A stretch of DNA of 64,000 nt from an uncultured delta proteobacterium (GTDB taxonomy: Bacteria > Desulfobacterota > Desulfuromonadia > Desulfuromonadales > JACZKF01): NCBI GenBank assembly GCA_963816395.1, contig CAWFKQ010000006.1, positions 287,231 through 351,230 of the forward strand, given 5' to 3'. Below are positions 11,875 to 22,547 of the stretch, piece after piece (position 1 is the stretch's first letter; every line of letters starts with the position of its first letter). Under the pieces are notes generated by a model, which did no database searches, was not told the DNA's origin, and saw nothing but the letters and a program-made list of their open reading frames with translations. Both the position numbers and the translations under genes were made by a program.

Positions 11875-11890
11875 TGGCTTGCATATTGCT
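11875..11890 (+). promoter_or_regulatory. Sigma54 -24/-12 promoter of the minor pilin operon
   Basis: TGGCTTGCATATTGCT with exact GG-N10-GC spacing, 37 bp before pilV. Confidence 0.7.
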
Positions 11891-11926
11891 CTGTGTTAAT
11901 TATCGAGCCACGAAAAGGGAATTCCC

Positions 11927-12363
11927 ATGCGAGAAACTGCTTTTAACCGCCAGGCCGGTTTTACCTTAATCGAAGTTCTGGTCGCTCTTTCCATTTTTGC
12001 AATCGGTTTGCTCGCCATTGCCGGAATGCAGCTGACCGCATTGAAATCTAACTCCTATGCCTACAGCATTACCGCGATTAATGCCGTGGCTTCCGGAGTT
12101 ATGGAGAAATCATTTCCTGGGCTCCTGATGATCCGCGATTGGTCGATGCGGGGGTTCATCAGTGGGATTTCGATCCCTCGGCTACCGTCCAACCAGACCT
12201 CACCGTCCCGGGTGGAGGAAATTTCACCGCGCAGTACACGATTGCCAAGGATACCCCTGTGACGAAGGTTTCCACAATCACCGTCCAGGTTTCAGCAACC
12301 GGCGCGGTCAAGGCGCGCGGGTTGAGAAACAAGACACTCACGTATCTGAAAAATGTTCAGTAG
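11927..12363 (+). CDS. pilV: Type IV minor pilin PilV (frameshift near 12110)
   Basis: G|FTLIEVLVALSIFAIGLLAIAGMQ class III signal. Confidence 0.8.
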
Positions 12364-12378
12364 CGATTCGGAGGCTGA

Positions 12379-13287
12379 ATGCTGAAAGATAAACGAGGAT
12401 TCTCGCTGGTCGAACTGCTGGTCGTCGTTGTCATCATGGGCATGGTCATTACCGCAGTGCTCGGGCTGTATGTCAACGTACAGCGATCCACCGGCACCAC
12501 TGAAGATATAGCCGAAGTGCAACAGACATTGAGGGTCGCTCTTGACCGGATTGCTCGGGATGTGGTCATGAGTGGATTTCTCGTTGGCATTGGCAATCCG
12601 ATTACCGATGCAGAGGCCGATACCATGACGACCGTCACGGCCACCAGCTTCGACTCCTTTGCGCGGATTGCGACGGGTAATGTTTTTCTGGCGGGGTCCT
12701 CGGGTGCAGTGACGATTGCAGTCGACAATGCCGCCATGGCCCAGCTTGTTTCGGATTCCGGCTATGTCCGCATTGTTAACCCATTGGATGGCTGTCAGCG
12801 CGCTGAACCGACTTCCGGTAGTTGCGGCGATGGCAATTCGCCCTTCTTTCAGGTCACCAGTGTGAATACCAGTGATACGAATCCGACACTGACTCTCAAG
12901 CCAAAACTGCTAGCTGGGGCCCCCCTCGCCGTTCAGGACTATAGCCCCTTGACCGATATTAAGGTTTCCGTAGGGGACATGATCGTCCAGGTCCCCAGCC
13001 CGGCTAGCGATAGCACCTTTCCCAACCCGGTCACCTATGCGTTGAACAGTGGGAATTTGCTGCGGAATAATTTGGCCCTCGCCGACAAGATGACTGGTCT
13101 GCAGTTTGACTATTTGATGGACGACGGTGGTATCGAGCCGGTTGCTCCTGCGACGTCGGTCTCGGCCGGTCGGTTGGCTCATATCGTGGCAGTCCGGGTT
13201 ACCCTGACGGGAGCCACCCCTGCTACGGCCCAGGAAGCCGCCAAAACTCGGCAGATTCAATCGACGATCAAGCTGCGCAATAAATAG
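12379..13287 (+). CDS. pilW: Type IV minor pilin PilW
   Basis: RG|FSLVELLV signal; EVQQTLRVALDRIARDVVMSG; C-terminal IKLRN. Confidence 0.85.
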   Translation: MLKDKRGFSLVELLVVVVIMGMVITAVLGLYVNVQRSTGTTEDIAEVQQTLRVALDRIARDVVMSGFLVGIGNPITDAEADTMTTVTATSFDSFARIATGNVFLAGSSGAVTIAVDNAAMAQLVSDSGYVRIVNPLDGCQRAEPTSGSCGDGNSPFFQVTSVNTSDTNPTLTLKPKLLAGAPLAVQDYSPLTDIKVSVGDMIVQVPSPASDSTFPNPVTYALNSGNLLRNNLALADKMTGLQFDYLMDDGGIEPVAPATSVSAGRLAHIVAVRVTLTGATPATAQEAAKTRQIQSTIKLRNK

Positions 13288-13300
13288 GAGAGGATTGGCC

Positions 13301-13849
13301 ATGGCTGTACCTACCATTGGGCAGAGCATTGAAACGTATAGACGCAGCCCCCTTGGTCAGGAGCAGGGCTTTGCCCTGATTCTGGCCATCGCGATGTTGG
13401 CGATCTTGAGTATTCTGGGGGCCATTGCCCTGAGTACCACCGATACGGAACTGAAGGTCACCAGTAATTATCAAGACTATAGGCAGACCTTTTTTTCTGC
13501 CGCTCGCGCTGCCGAGTATGCGACCAACCGCGAAATGCTGATGGGTATGGCGGGTTCCGTAAACCTGGTGACGGCCGATGCCGGGGTGCATAAAGAGCGG
13601 ATCGACGCAGGGGGTGGCGGCGTCTTGCAATCGGGGTTGGTCACCGACCTGGGGCCCAGCGATCTTCCCGCCAAGATGAAAACAGCCTACGGAAGTGATT
13701 TCGGCGCCAATCTCTACCATGTGACGGTAGACAGCCAAAGTGCGGCAGCCGCCGTTGGCAACCAGTCCGAAGTTCGGATTGATGCCACAATCGTTCGCCT
13801 TTTCAAGAACGAAGACGATACTATTTTTCGCACGTCAGGGGGAGGTTGA
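13301..13849 (+). CDS. pilX: Type IV minor pilin PilX
   Basis: QG|FALILAIAML lacking E5, as in PilX; located between pilW and pilY1. Confidence 0.8.
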   Translation: MAVPTIGQSIETYRRSPLGQEQGFALILAIAMLAILSILGAIALSTTDTELKVTSNYQDYRQTFFSAARAAEYATNREMLMGMAGSVNLVTADAGVHKERIDAGGGGVLQSGLVTDLGPSDLPAKMKTAYGSDFGANLYHVTVDSQSAAAAVGNQSEVRIDATIVRLFKNEDDTIFRTSGGG

Positions 13850-13851
13850 GC

Positions 13852-16800
13852 ATGACCAGGCGAATCATCCTTGCAGCAATCTGGCCGTTGTTGTTTTTGC
13901 TGCCGGTCACCGTCATGGCTGCACCTGACAGCTATATCGGCGATGCGGCAATCTATTCGGCGCTCGCTGGAAGCAGTACCCGCCCCAAGCCGCACGTCCT
14001 TTTCCTGATCGACACCAGCCGGGCCACGCTCAACCAGGCTTCCGGCGTTCCCTATTACATCGATTCTGACCCCGATACAGACGGCATCCAGCCCTATCCC
14101 GATGCCGGGTACGAACCCTGGAGTATTTATGCCTTCAAATCCTCAAACGGCACCTGGACTCTGGCATTCCCCAACGACACCGATGATCTCGAGAACCTGA
14201 CTTGTGCCAACAACGATTCGGTAATTAAAAACACCCTGTTGGCCAGCGGCACCTACTCGGGGTCCGGCAGCACCGACTATCCCAATCTCAAAGCCGGTAC
14301 AGGCAGCAGCAAGGATCTCGCGGTCTGCGACACGGGTCCCAATGGTGCGACTTACGCTTTGGGAAATTATCTGAATTATACCCATGCCAGCGGCACGTCC
14401 GAAACGGTGGTGAAGAAGACCTACACATGCGGTATATCGAAAAATGGGAATAGTAATCCAAAGACAGTGACGGATGGATGCGTCGCGACTTATATCCCGA
14501 TTGCCGATTCCACCGGCATCGAACCCGGTTCGGCTGCGGATGGAGGAATTGGTACCTGACCGGCAGCGGCTGGTGCCCACTGACTCTGACTGCAGCGCGA
14601 ACTCAAGCCCATCCCAATTATCGGTCGACAGCAGTGTCCTGGATTGGTCTGCCGACACTTCGTACTCAGCCTCCTCCACGGTGCTCGGCGAAACCCAGCG
14701 ACAAATCATCTATGACGCACTCGCCACGGTGGTCAGTGGGGCGCGCTATGCCGTCAAATTCGGTGCTATGACCTTTAATCCCAATAACCAGGGGGGCAAT
14801 CTGGCCTACCCAATGACCGACCTGACCAACGACGATTCTGATTTTTTAGACTCTCTTCCCCGTGATTCCTATGACCCCTATCTGATCAATTCAGGCCCCA
14901 ACCGGCCCCAGGCCGAAGCCTTGTATGATGCCGGCCATTATTTCGGGGCTCACTACCCCACCAGCGGCACTATCGCCTCCGATGCGGTCTTTCCGCTGGA
15001 TGCCAGCGGCCTGGATGCCTCGGGCCACATCAGTTCCACCATGGCCGCCGATTACGGCAGCACCAACCGCAACCAATGCGGCTACGACCACATCATCCTG
15101 ATCACCAACGGGCTCTCCAACGGCGACGGAAATGGTGGCAATGGTCCACTTGCCAAAATCGTGGATGCCGACGGCGATGCCAACCCCACTGAAGATACGT
15201 ACGGTGAGGGCTCCCATTACCTGGATGATGTCGCTGCTTACCTGCACAAGCAGGAAGGGATGACCGTTCACACCATCCTTGCCTTCCAGGCCGCCGACCC
15301 GCTGGTGCAACATGCGGCTATTGTCGGCGGGGGGAAGTTTTACAACGTGTACGATGCCAATACCCTGGCCGATGCGCTGAGCAAACTTCTGGCCAGCATC
15401 GTGCTGGAAACCGATACCTCCTTCGTGGCGCCGGTGGTGCCGGCCAGCAGCACCAACCGGACCATCAGCAGTAACCGGGTCTATCTCGGCCTGTTCAAGC
15501 CCCAGAGCAACGAGCCCTGGCTCGGCAACCTCAAGAAGTACGGCGTGAGCAGCGACCTGACCCTGCTGGATAAGAGCAGTATCGTGGCTACGGATGCGAA
15601 CGGCGATTTTCTGCCGGATTCGAAATCCTATTGGGGCGCCGATGCATCGGACAAGATCATGGCGATCGACGGATTGTTGCCGCTGGCTGCGGGAGCAGTC
15701 GCCGGTGACGGCGGTAACGTTGCCGCCGGCGGGGCCGGTGGGACGTTGAAGCTGCAATTGCAGGCTGGGCTGGCTGCCTCGCCGTCCCAGGCGGCCTGGG
15801 AGGTGAGAGATATCTATACCTATCCCAGCGGGTCTTCATCGACGACCCTGACCGATGCAGATAATCGTTTTTCACCCAATAATGATACCTTGATAACTGC
15901 GGCCACCCTTGATGTGGCCGATACCACGGAAAAGAACAAATTGATCAATTTCATCGCCGGTGCCGATGGCTTCGATGACGACAGGGACGGTGATTCCACG
16001 GAAATCCGTGATTGGGTTCTCGGCGATGTGTTGCATTCCAAACCCTTGATCTTCAATTACGCCAGTTTTAGCTCAGGTCAGGAATCCGACCCTAATTACA
16101 ACAAATCGATGGTTTTCGTCGGCACCAATGACGGCATGTTCCATGCCTTTAATGATGCGGACGGCAAGGAATCGTGGGCCTTCATTCCCGACAACATATT
16201 GCCGCAACTGAAGGATCTGAGAGATTCGGCTCATAATTACTTTGCTGACGGAACCCCCGTTGCCTATGTTCATGACGTGAATAACGATGGCATTGTCCAG
16301 GCGAACGATGGGGACAAGGTCGTGATCCTTTTCGGCCAGGGCCGCGGCGGCGGGCGCAGCACGCTCGACGCGACAGGTTCGCGCGGCGCCTACTATGCCC
16401 TCGATGTATCGAATCCTCAGGCTCCGGTCCTACGCTGGAAGATTGACAGTTCGACTGCCGGTTTCGGCGAGCTCGGCGAAACCTGGAGTACGCCACGCCT
16501 GGCCAAGGTCAAAATCGGTACGGTCGCCAAAATCGTCGCCTTTGTCGGCGCCGGCTATGATAACAACGAAGACCTGCGTTTCGGGAACAACATGCTCTTT
16601 CCGGCCACGACTGCGACGACCGATACCACTTTGCCCACTCAGGACAGTGGGCAGGCCACCTCCACGGATAGCAGTGACCCGCTGAATCCCAGAGGGCGGG
16701 GAGTCTATGCGATTGAGGTCGCTGCCCTTGTAAAAGATAATAATACCGGAATCTACACACCCGATTTTACCAATGAGGGTACGTTGCTCTGGTCGTACAC

Positions 16801-17695
16801 GCATACCTCGTCGAATGGTATGAATTATTCGATTCCCTCCGATCTTACCGTCATGGACATGGATGGGGATGGTTTCTCGGACCGGATATATGTCGGCGAT
16901 CTAGGGGGGCGAATCTGGCGGTTCGACATCGGAGACAGCAGCACCGCCAGTTGGACCGGCCGAATGATTTTTAAAGCGAATTCCAGCACGGAGTCCGTCA
17001 AGGGGAGGAAAATCTTTTACAAGCCGACAGTCGCCCTGACCAATGGAATTCCTACTCTCTACTTTGGCACGGGAGATCGCAGTCATCCCTTGAATACGGC
17101 GGTGACCGACCGACTGTTTGCCGTGCGCGACCGCGGTCAGTTGACCCCGGTCGATATCAGCGCTCTGATGGATATGACGGCAGACACATTGCAGGCAACC
17201 AATACCACTGCAAGCGAGATCGATAGCATCCTGACGACGCTTAACGCCGGTAGCAATTATGGCTGGTATATCGACTTGAATCGGGCGGGAGAAAAGGTCC
17301 TCGCTACGTCATTGGTGTTTAACGGGCAGGCCTTTTATACTACCTATACTCCGTCGTCCGATGCGGAACTTGATACCTGCCAAATTGGCAATCTGGGTAC
17401 CTCCCGCGTCTATCAACTCGATTACGCCACCGCAGAGGCGGTACGGGATTACTATATCGACAATAATTCAGTTAACGCCTATGCCAATAACGCCCGGGCT
17501 AAGGGCGGAGACGGTATTGCTTTACAGCAAGGGGATCGTGAGAAGACCATCGGGGTAGGGATCCCCTCAGGGATTGTCACTCTGATAGATGCCAGCGGTA
17601 AGGTAACCCTAATGATCAGCAGTAGTAACCGGGTGGGGACCTATGGGATGCCGGATGCAAAACTGATTTCCCCCCTTTACTGGCTGCAATATTAA
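13852..17695 (+). CDS. pilY1: PilY1 pilus tip adhesin (frameshift near 14540)
   Basis: Signal peptide, vWA-like N-region, W.GNLKKY, LGDVLHSKP, VGTNDGMFHAF, LGETWSTP, DMDGDGFSDRIYVGDLGGRIWRFD beta-propeller motifs. Confidence 0.9.
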
Positions 17696-17705
17696 GGAAA
17701 AAAGC

Positions 17706-18672
17706 ATGAAGCCTGTGCGTTGTCAGTCTCTCTGCATTGCTTTTATGCTGATGCTTCCTCTATTGTTATTTCCTGGATGTTCCAAAAAAGCGGGTACCCC
17801 GACTGCCAAATCGACTGAACCCCAACCCTCCGCCGGGTCTCAACCCGGGGGGGGCTCCTATCGGTCCTCCAGCGATCTCGACAAAGAAATCTGGCGATGG
17901 GGTTGTCGTCATTTTACCCGAAGAACCGCGGGCAGATACGCTATTGATGGCGGTTTATCAGGGGCCGGCTGGCAAACTGTCATTTAGTTGGGACGTCAAT
18001 GGCAATGTGCTTGAGAATGCGAAAGGGGATCGACTTCCGGTTGGCCCTTACCGGAAGGGGGATACCGTTACGGTTACGGTTTTTAATGGAGATCGTAAGT
18101 ATCATGCATCCACCGACATTGGCAATACTCCGCCAAAAATCCTGAAGATTGAGTTGAAGAACCCGAAAATTTGCCGAAATGTGGATATAGAACTGGATGT
18201 TGTGGCGGCAGACGACGATCGTGATGACATAGCGCTTGATTATACCTGGTTCCGGAACAATGAACCGCTTGATTTTGGCGAGGGGAACGTTTTGCCGGGA
18301 AGCCAGATTTATCGAGGCGACCATATTCGCTTTGTGGTAGTGCCCCGCGATGACGCCAGCCAGGGAGTGCCCTATGAATCGGCAGAAATAATTATCCCGG
18401 ATGCGCCACCGCAGTTTGTGACGGCACCTCCGAAGAGTTTTTCGGCAATGTCTTATTCTTATAACGCAAAAGCTGAGGACCCGGATGGTGATGTGATCAG
18501 CTATTCGCTGGACTCCCCCCCGCCCGGCATGAGTATCGATGCAAATTCCGGACTGGTGGAATGGGACTTGACTCATGCAATGCCTGGGGAACACGCGGTC
18601 AGTATCGTTGCAGATGATTCGGCTGGACAGAAGGCCTATCAGGATTTTTCGCTGGTCATCCAGCAACCTTGA
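17706..18672 (+). CDS. Lipoprotein with tandem Ig/cadherin-like domains (frameshifted)
   Basis: Lipobox LFPG|C; NTPPKI...ADDDRD and APPQF...AEDPDGD..YSL..PPPGMSID repeats. Confidence 0.7.
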
Positions 18673-18675
18673 AAG

Positions 18676-19191
18676 GTGGAGAGCGTTTTGGGAAAAGAGG
18701 GTGGATTCACGCTGGTGGAGTTATTGATTGTCTTAGGTGTTCTTGCCATCCTGGGGGCAATTGCGTTGCCCGCATGGATGAACTGGTCCAGAAGTGCCAG
18801 ATTTCGCGAGGCATCGCAAGTGGCGCTTTCTGCACTGATGCAGGCCAAGGGGCGGGCGATCAATACCAACGAGAAGACCCAGGTGGCGTTCACGCTTGAT
18901 AGCGCAAGTGCTAATACGGGCAATATAGTAGAAACTTTTCGGGTGACCAACGATGGGTCCAATCCGAGGTTGTCGAGCCAGACTTTCGCCCCCGGAGTCG
19001 AAATAAAAAGGAACAGCAACTGCGATGTCGATGATGGAGCAGTATCGATCAATTTCAACCCCGATGGTACCTCCGGCGCTGGTTACATTTGTATTTTTAA
19101 TGGTACAACAAAAAAGTACCGTGTCGGGGTTGGCAACTCTACAACGGGGCGGATCCAGGCTGAGAGGTGGGATGGTTCCACTTGGAAGTGA
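18676..19191 (+). CDS. fimU: FimU/FimT (GspH-like) minor pilin
   Basis: GG|FTLVELLIVLGVLAIL; AKGRAI; INFNPDG. Confidence 0.75.
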   Translation: MESVLGKEGGFTLVELLIVLGVLAILGAIALPAWMNWSRSARFREASQVALSALMQAKGRAINTNEKTQVAFTLDSASANTGNIVETFRVTNDGSNPRLSSQTFAPGVEIKRNSNCDVDDGAVSINFNPDGTSGAGYICIFNGTTKKYRVGVGNSTTGRIQAERWDGSTWK

Positions 19192-19237
19192 GAGGCGTGG
19201 TATCCTCAAACTGGGAGAGATCAGGTTCGGGTGAAAC

Positions 19238-19723
19238 ATGGATGAAGACATCGACAAATATCTTCCCCACTGGCGCCAGCGTCTGGAGGAGGAAGCTTCT
19301 GCCCTGACGCAGAGGCGACAGGCGGCGGAAGAGGCAGCCCGCCGGATGGCCCGCATCCTGGTGCAGGAATTTGCCGCTGAGCGTGTTTATCTGATAGGGT
19401 CTCTCGCCGACAGGGAAAGATTCGGCAGTCCTCCGCCCCCTCCCAACCTTTCCCATCTGAAGGGTTCCAGGGGGTATCTCCCTTACCCATTAAAACCCTC
19501 CTCGGTCCCTCTAGACCAGACAAAACAGGAAAGGATTTTCTGCCTTCCCTCACCTTCTCTCTCTTTACGCTTCAGGCACCTCTTCAGAAACATATATGGT
19601 TTTGAATTGCGTTGGAATCGTATCGAGGAACTCGGTCATGGTCTGACGGAAATCCTGTACGCCCTGCGGCAGGATATTGAGCGTTTTCTTGGTTTCCTCA
19701 CCAGTATGCAGGAGAACTTGTAG
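19238..19723 (+). pseudogene. Fused remnant of a minimal nucleotidyltransferase (MNT) and a HepT-like HEPN RNase
   Basis: N-part AERVYLIGSLA lacks the following DxD; C-part FRHLFRNIYGFEL; middle is pyrimidine-rich low-complexity sequence. Confidence 0.6.
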
Positions 19724-19844
19724 TATTCCTTCGTCCTATCCCCCCACCCATCCCCTTTTCACCCTCCTTTTCCCTCTTGCCCCGCTCCACCGATTCCCGT
19801 ATAGTAATCCAATCGTATCTCTCGGCATTAAGGAGCTGTTCTCC

Positions 19845-21200
19845 ATGGCTAAAATCGTTCCATTTCGCGGTGTTCGCTACAACCTGGCGCGGCTGGAAAA
19901 CCCCGCCGGGGTCATGGCCCCGCCCTACGATGTCATCTCTCCTGCACTGCAGGATGAACTCTACCAGCGCAATCCCTTCAACGTGGTGCGGCTGATCCTC
20001 GGCAAGACCTCGCCGCAGGACACCGAAGCCGACAACCGCTATACCCGCGCCGCCGCCGATTTCCAGCTCTGGCAGCGGGAAGGGGTGCTGGTGCGCGACG
20101 CCGAGCCTTCCATCTATCTTTACGACCAGCAATACCCCAGCGAGAGCGGGGAGATGGTGGTGCGCAAGGGTTTTATCGCCCTGGCCCGGCTGGAGGATTT
20201 CTCTTCCGGCGTGGTCAAGCCCCACGAGAAGACCCTGGCCGGCCCGAAAGCCGACCGGCTGCTGCTGACCAAGGCCTGCGGCGCCAACTTCAGCCCGATT
20301 TTCTCCCTCTACTCCGATCCCTGCTGCGTCCTCGAAGCGCTGGCCCGCAAGGAGAAGGAGCGCGGCGCCCGAGCTGGAGGTGAAGGATGACGACGGGGTG
20401 GTCCACCGCCTCTGGCGGGTCACCGACCCGGCGATCATCGACAAGGCGCAGGGGCTGCTCGACAACAAGCCGCTGTTCATCGCCGACGGCCATCACCGCT
20501 ACGAGACGGCCATCAACTACCGCGACTTCATGCGGGAGAAAAACCCCGGCTTCACCGGCAAGGAACTGTTCAACTACGTCCTGATGTACTTCGCCAACAT
20601 GGAAGACCAGGGGATGACGATTTTCCCCACCCACCGGCTGGTATTCAATCTGCCGGATTTCCGGCTCTGCCTTCTTTCCTCGAGGCGTTGAGAGAGGCGT
20701 TCGACGGTGGAGGAACGGCAATTCCCGATCGACGATCCTGCGGCCGCGGACGGCAAGATTCGCGAGATGCCTGCGGGAGAAGGGCGGAGAAGGGCACGCC
20801 CTGGCCCTCTATGCCGGCGGCGAAACAGTCTATTTCCTCCGCCTGCGGGACGAGAAGGTAATGGACCGCTTTTTCGAGGCGAAGGCCCCCAAGGCGCTGC
20901 GTACCCTTGATGTCTCCATTCTGCACCGGTTGATTCTCGAAGAATCGCTCGGCATCACCGGCGAGGCGCAGGAGCAGCAGACCCACCTGAAATATGTGAA
21001 GAACTTCGACGAGCCCTTCGACCTGGTGCGCGGCGGCGATTTCCAGCTTGGCCTTCCTGATGAATCCGACCCGGATGAGCGAGGTGCGCGACGTGGCCAA
21101 TGCCGGGGAGAAGATGCCGCAGAAATCGACCTATTTCTATCCGAAGCTGCTGACCGGCCTGGTGATCAACCGGATCGTCGAAGGGGAAATGGCGGAATAA
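19845..21200 (+). CDS. DUF1015 family protein (frameshifted)
   Basis: MAKIVPFRGVRY, APPYDVIS, VKPHEKT, FIADGHHRYETA, MPQKSTYFYPKLLTGLV. Confidence 0.9.
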
Positions 21201-21314
21201 AGCAGGCAAGAGGCAAGAGGCTAGCGGCAAGAGCGTACTAGAAAAAGGCAAAAATGAGTTAGCCTTAGGCCTTGACCAGCTTGAGCCTTGCACCTGATCT
21301 TTCAGGAGTTGCGT

Positions 21315-22356
21315 GTGGAAATTCTTGGCATCGACATCGGTTTCGGCTTCACCAAGGCGAGCAACGGCCGGGACTCCCTGGTCTTCAAGTCGGTGCTGGG
21401 CGAGGCCACCGAGATCCAGTTTCAGGAAGCCGTGCTCGCGGATGCCGGGAGCGATGAGCACTCCAGATGGAACTGGACGGCAAGGCCTTTTTCCTCGGCG
21501 ATCTGGCCGAGCGGCAGAGCAATGTGCGTTTTTTCACCCTCGACCAGGCCCAGTTCATCAGCAGCAGCGCCAAGGCCCTGGCTCTGGCGGCCGCCGCCCG
21601 CCTGGTCGGGCAGCCATATCCCGATCAACCTGGTCACCGGCCTGCCCATCGGCCATTATCGCCAGCACAAGGACGAGATCGCCCGCATCCTGCAGGGGGA
21701 GCACCGGGTGGCCTTGGTCGATGCCGGCGGCAAACGGCAGGAAAAGGTCATCAACATCAACAAGGTGCGGGTCATCCCGCAGCCGTTCGGCTCCCTGTTC
21801 AACCTGATGCTCAACGATCTCGGCGAGGTGGGGGACAAGCGGCTGGTGAAGGAGAAGATCGGCATCATCGACGTCGGCTTCCGTACCTCCGACTATACGA
21901 TCTCCGACCGGATGCGCTACTCCGAGCGCGGAAGCCGGACCACCGATTCGGGGATTGCCCGGGCCTTCACCGTGATTGCCACCAAGCTGCGCGAGCGAAG
22001 CGGCGTCAATGTCGAGCTCTACCGCCTGTTCGAGGCGGTGGATACGGGGCTCGATCAAGATCCGCGGCAAGGAATACGACCTCAAGGGGCTGACCGAACA
22101 GGTCTTCGGCCAGCTCGCCGCTACCATCGGCAACGAAGTCGACCGCCTGTGGGCCGACGACTGGGACATGGACACCATGGTCATTACCGGCGGCGGCGGA
22201 GCGGTTCTGGCCAAATACCTGCAGCCGCTGCTCAAGGGCCACGTGCTGCCCGTCGATCCGGCCAAGGATGCCCGCCTGTACAATGTCCAGGGCTACTGGA
22301 AATTCGGCAAGCACGTCTGGGCGCGCGGGGTCATCCCGGCGCCACAGGGGAGCTGA
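21315..22356 (+). CDS. ParM/StbA family actin-like ATPase (frameshifted)
   Basis: Phosphate-1 LGIDIGFGFTK, LVTGLP, VIPQPFG, phosphate-2 IIDVGFRTSD, adenosine ITGGGG. Confidence 0.85.
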
Positions 22357-22370
22357 CATTCGACTTTTTT

Positions 22371-22449
22371 AACGCAAAGGCGAGATCAGGCAAAGGTTTT
22401 ATCCCAATTATTTCCTTTGCGCCTCTCTTTTCCTTAGCGCCTTTGCGTT
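22371..22449. repeat. Short inverted-repeat element between parM-like gene and rnr
   Basis: AACGCAAAGGCG (22371) and CGCCTTTGCGTT (22438-22449) are perfect 12-bp inverted repeats, with internal GCAAAGG/CCTTTGC echoes. Confidence 0.6.
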
Positions 22450-22547
22450 GAGAGCCCGTGAGCCACGGGTCCATAGGGGAACTGCTATAATCTTCCTGCA
22501 TTCTTCTCAACAGATTACAATTCCAAGCCGTCGAGATGGGTATCGCT

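Noticed and set aside
14540..14600. Programmed frameshift or stop readthrough (Sec/Pyl) in pilY1 and other split genes
   Set aside because: Breaks require frame changes rather than readthrough, no slippery or SECIS signal seen, and similar breaks occur throughout the window.
21200..21310. parC centromere upstream of the ParM-like gene
   Set aside because: The repeats are GC-rich degenerate heptamers/hexamers like those at other gene ends, not regular AT-rich iterons, and no parR gene is present.
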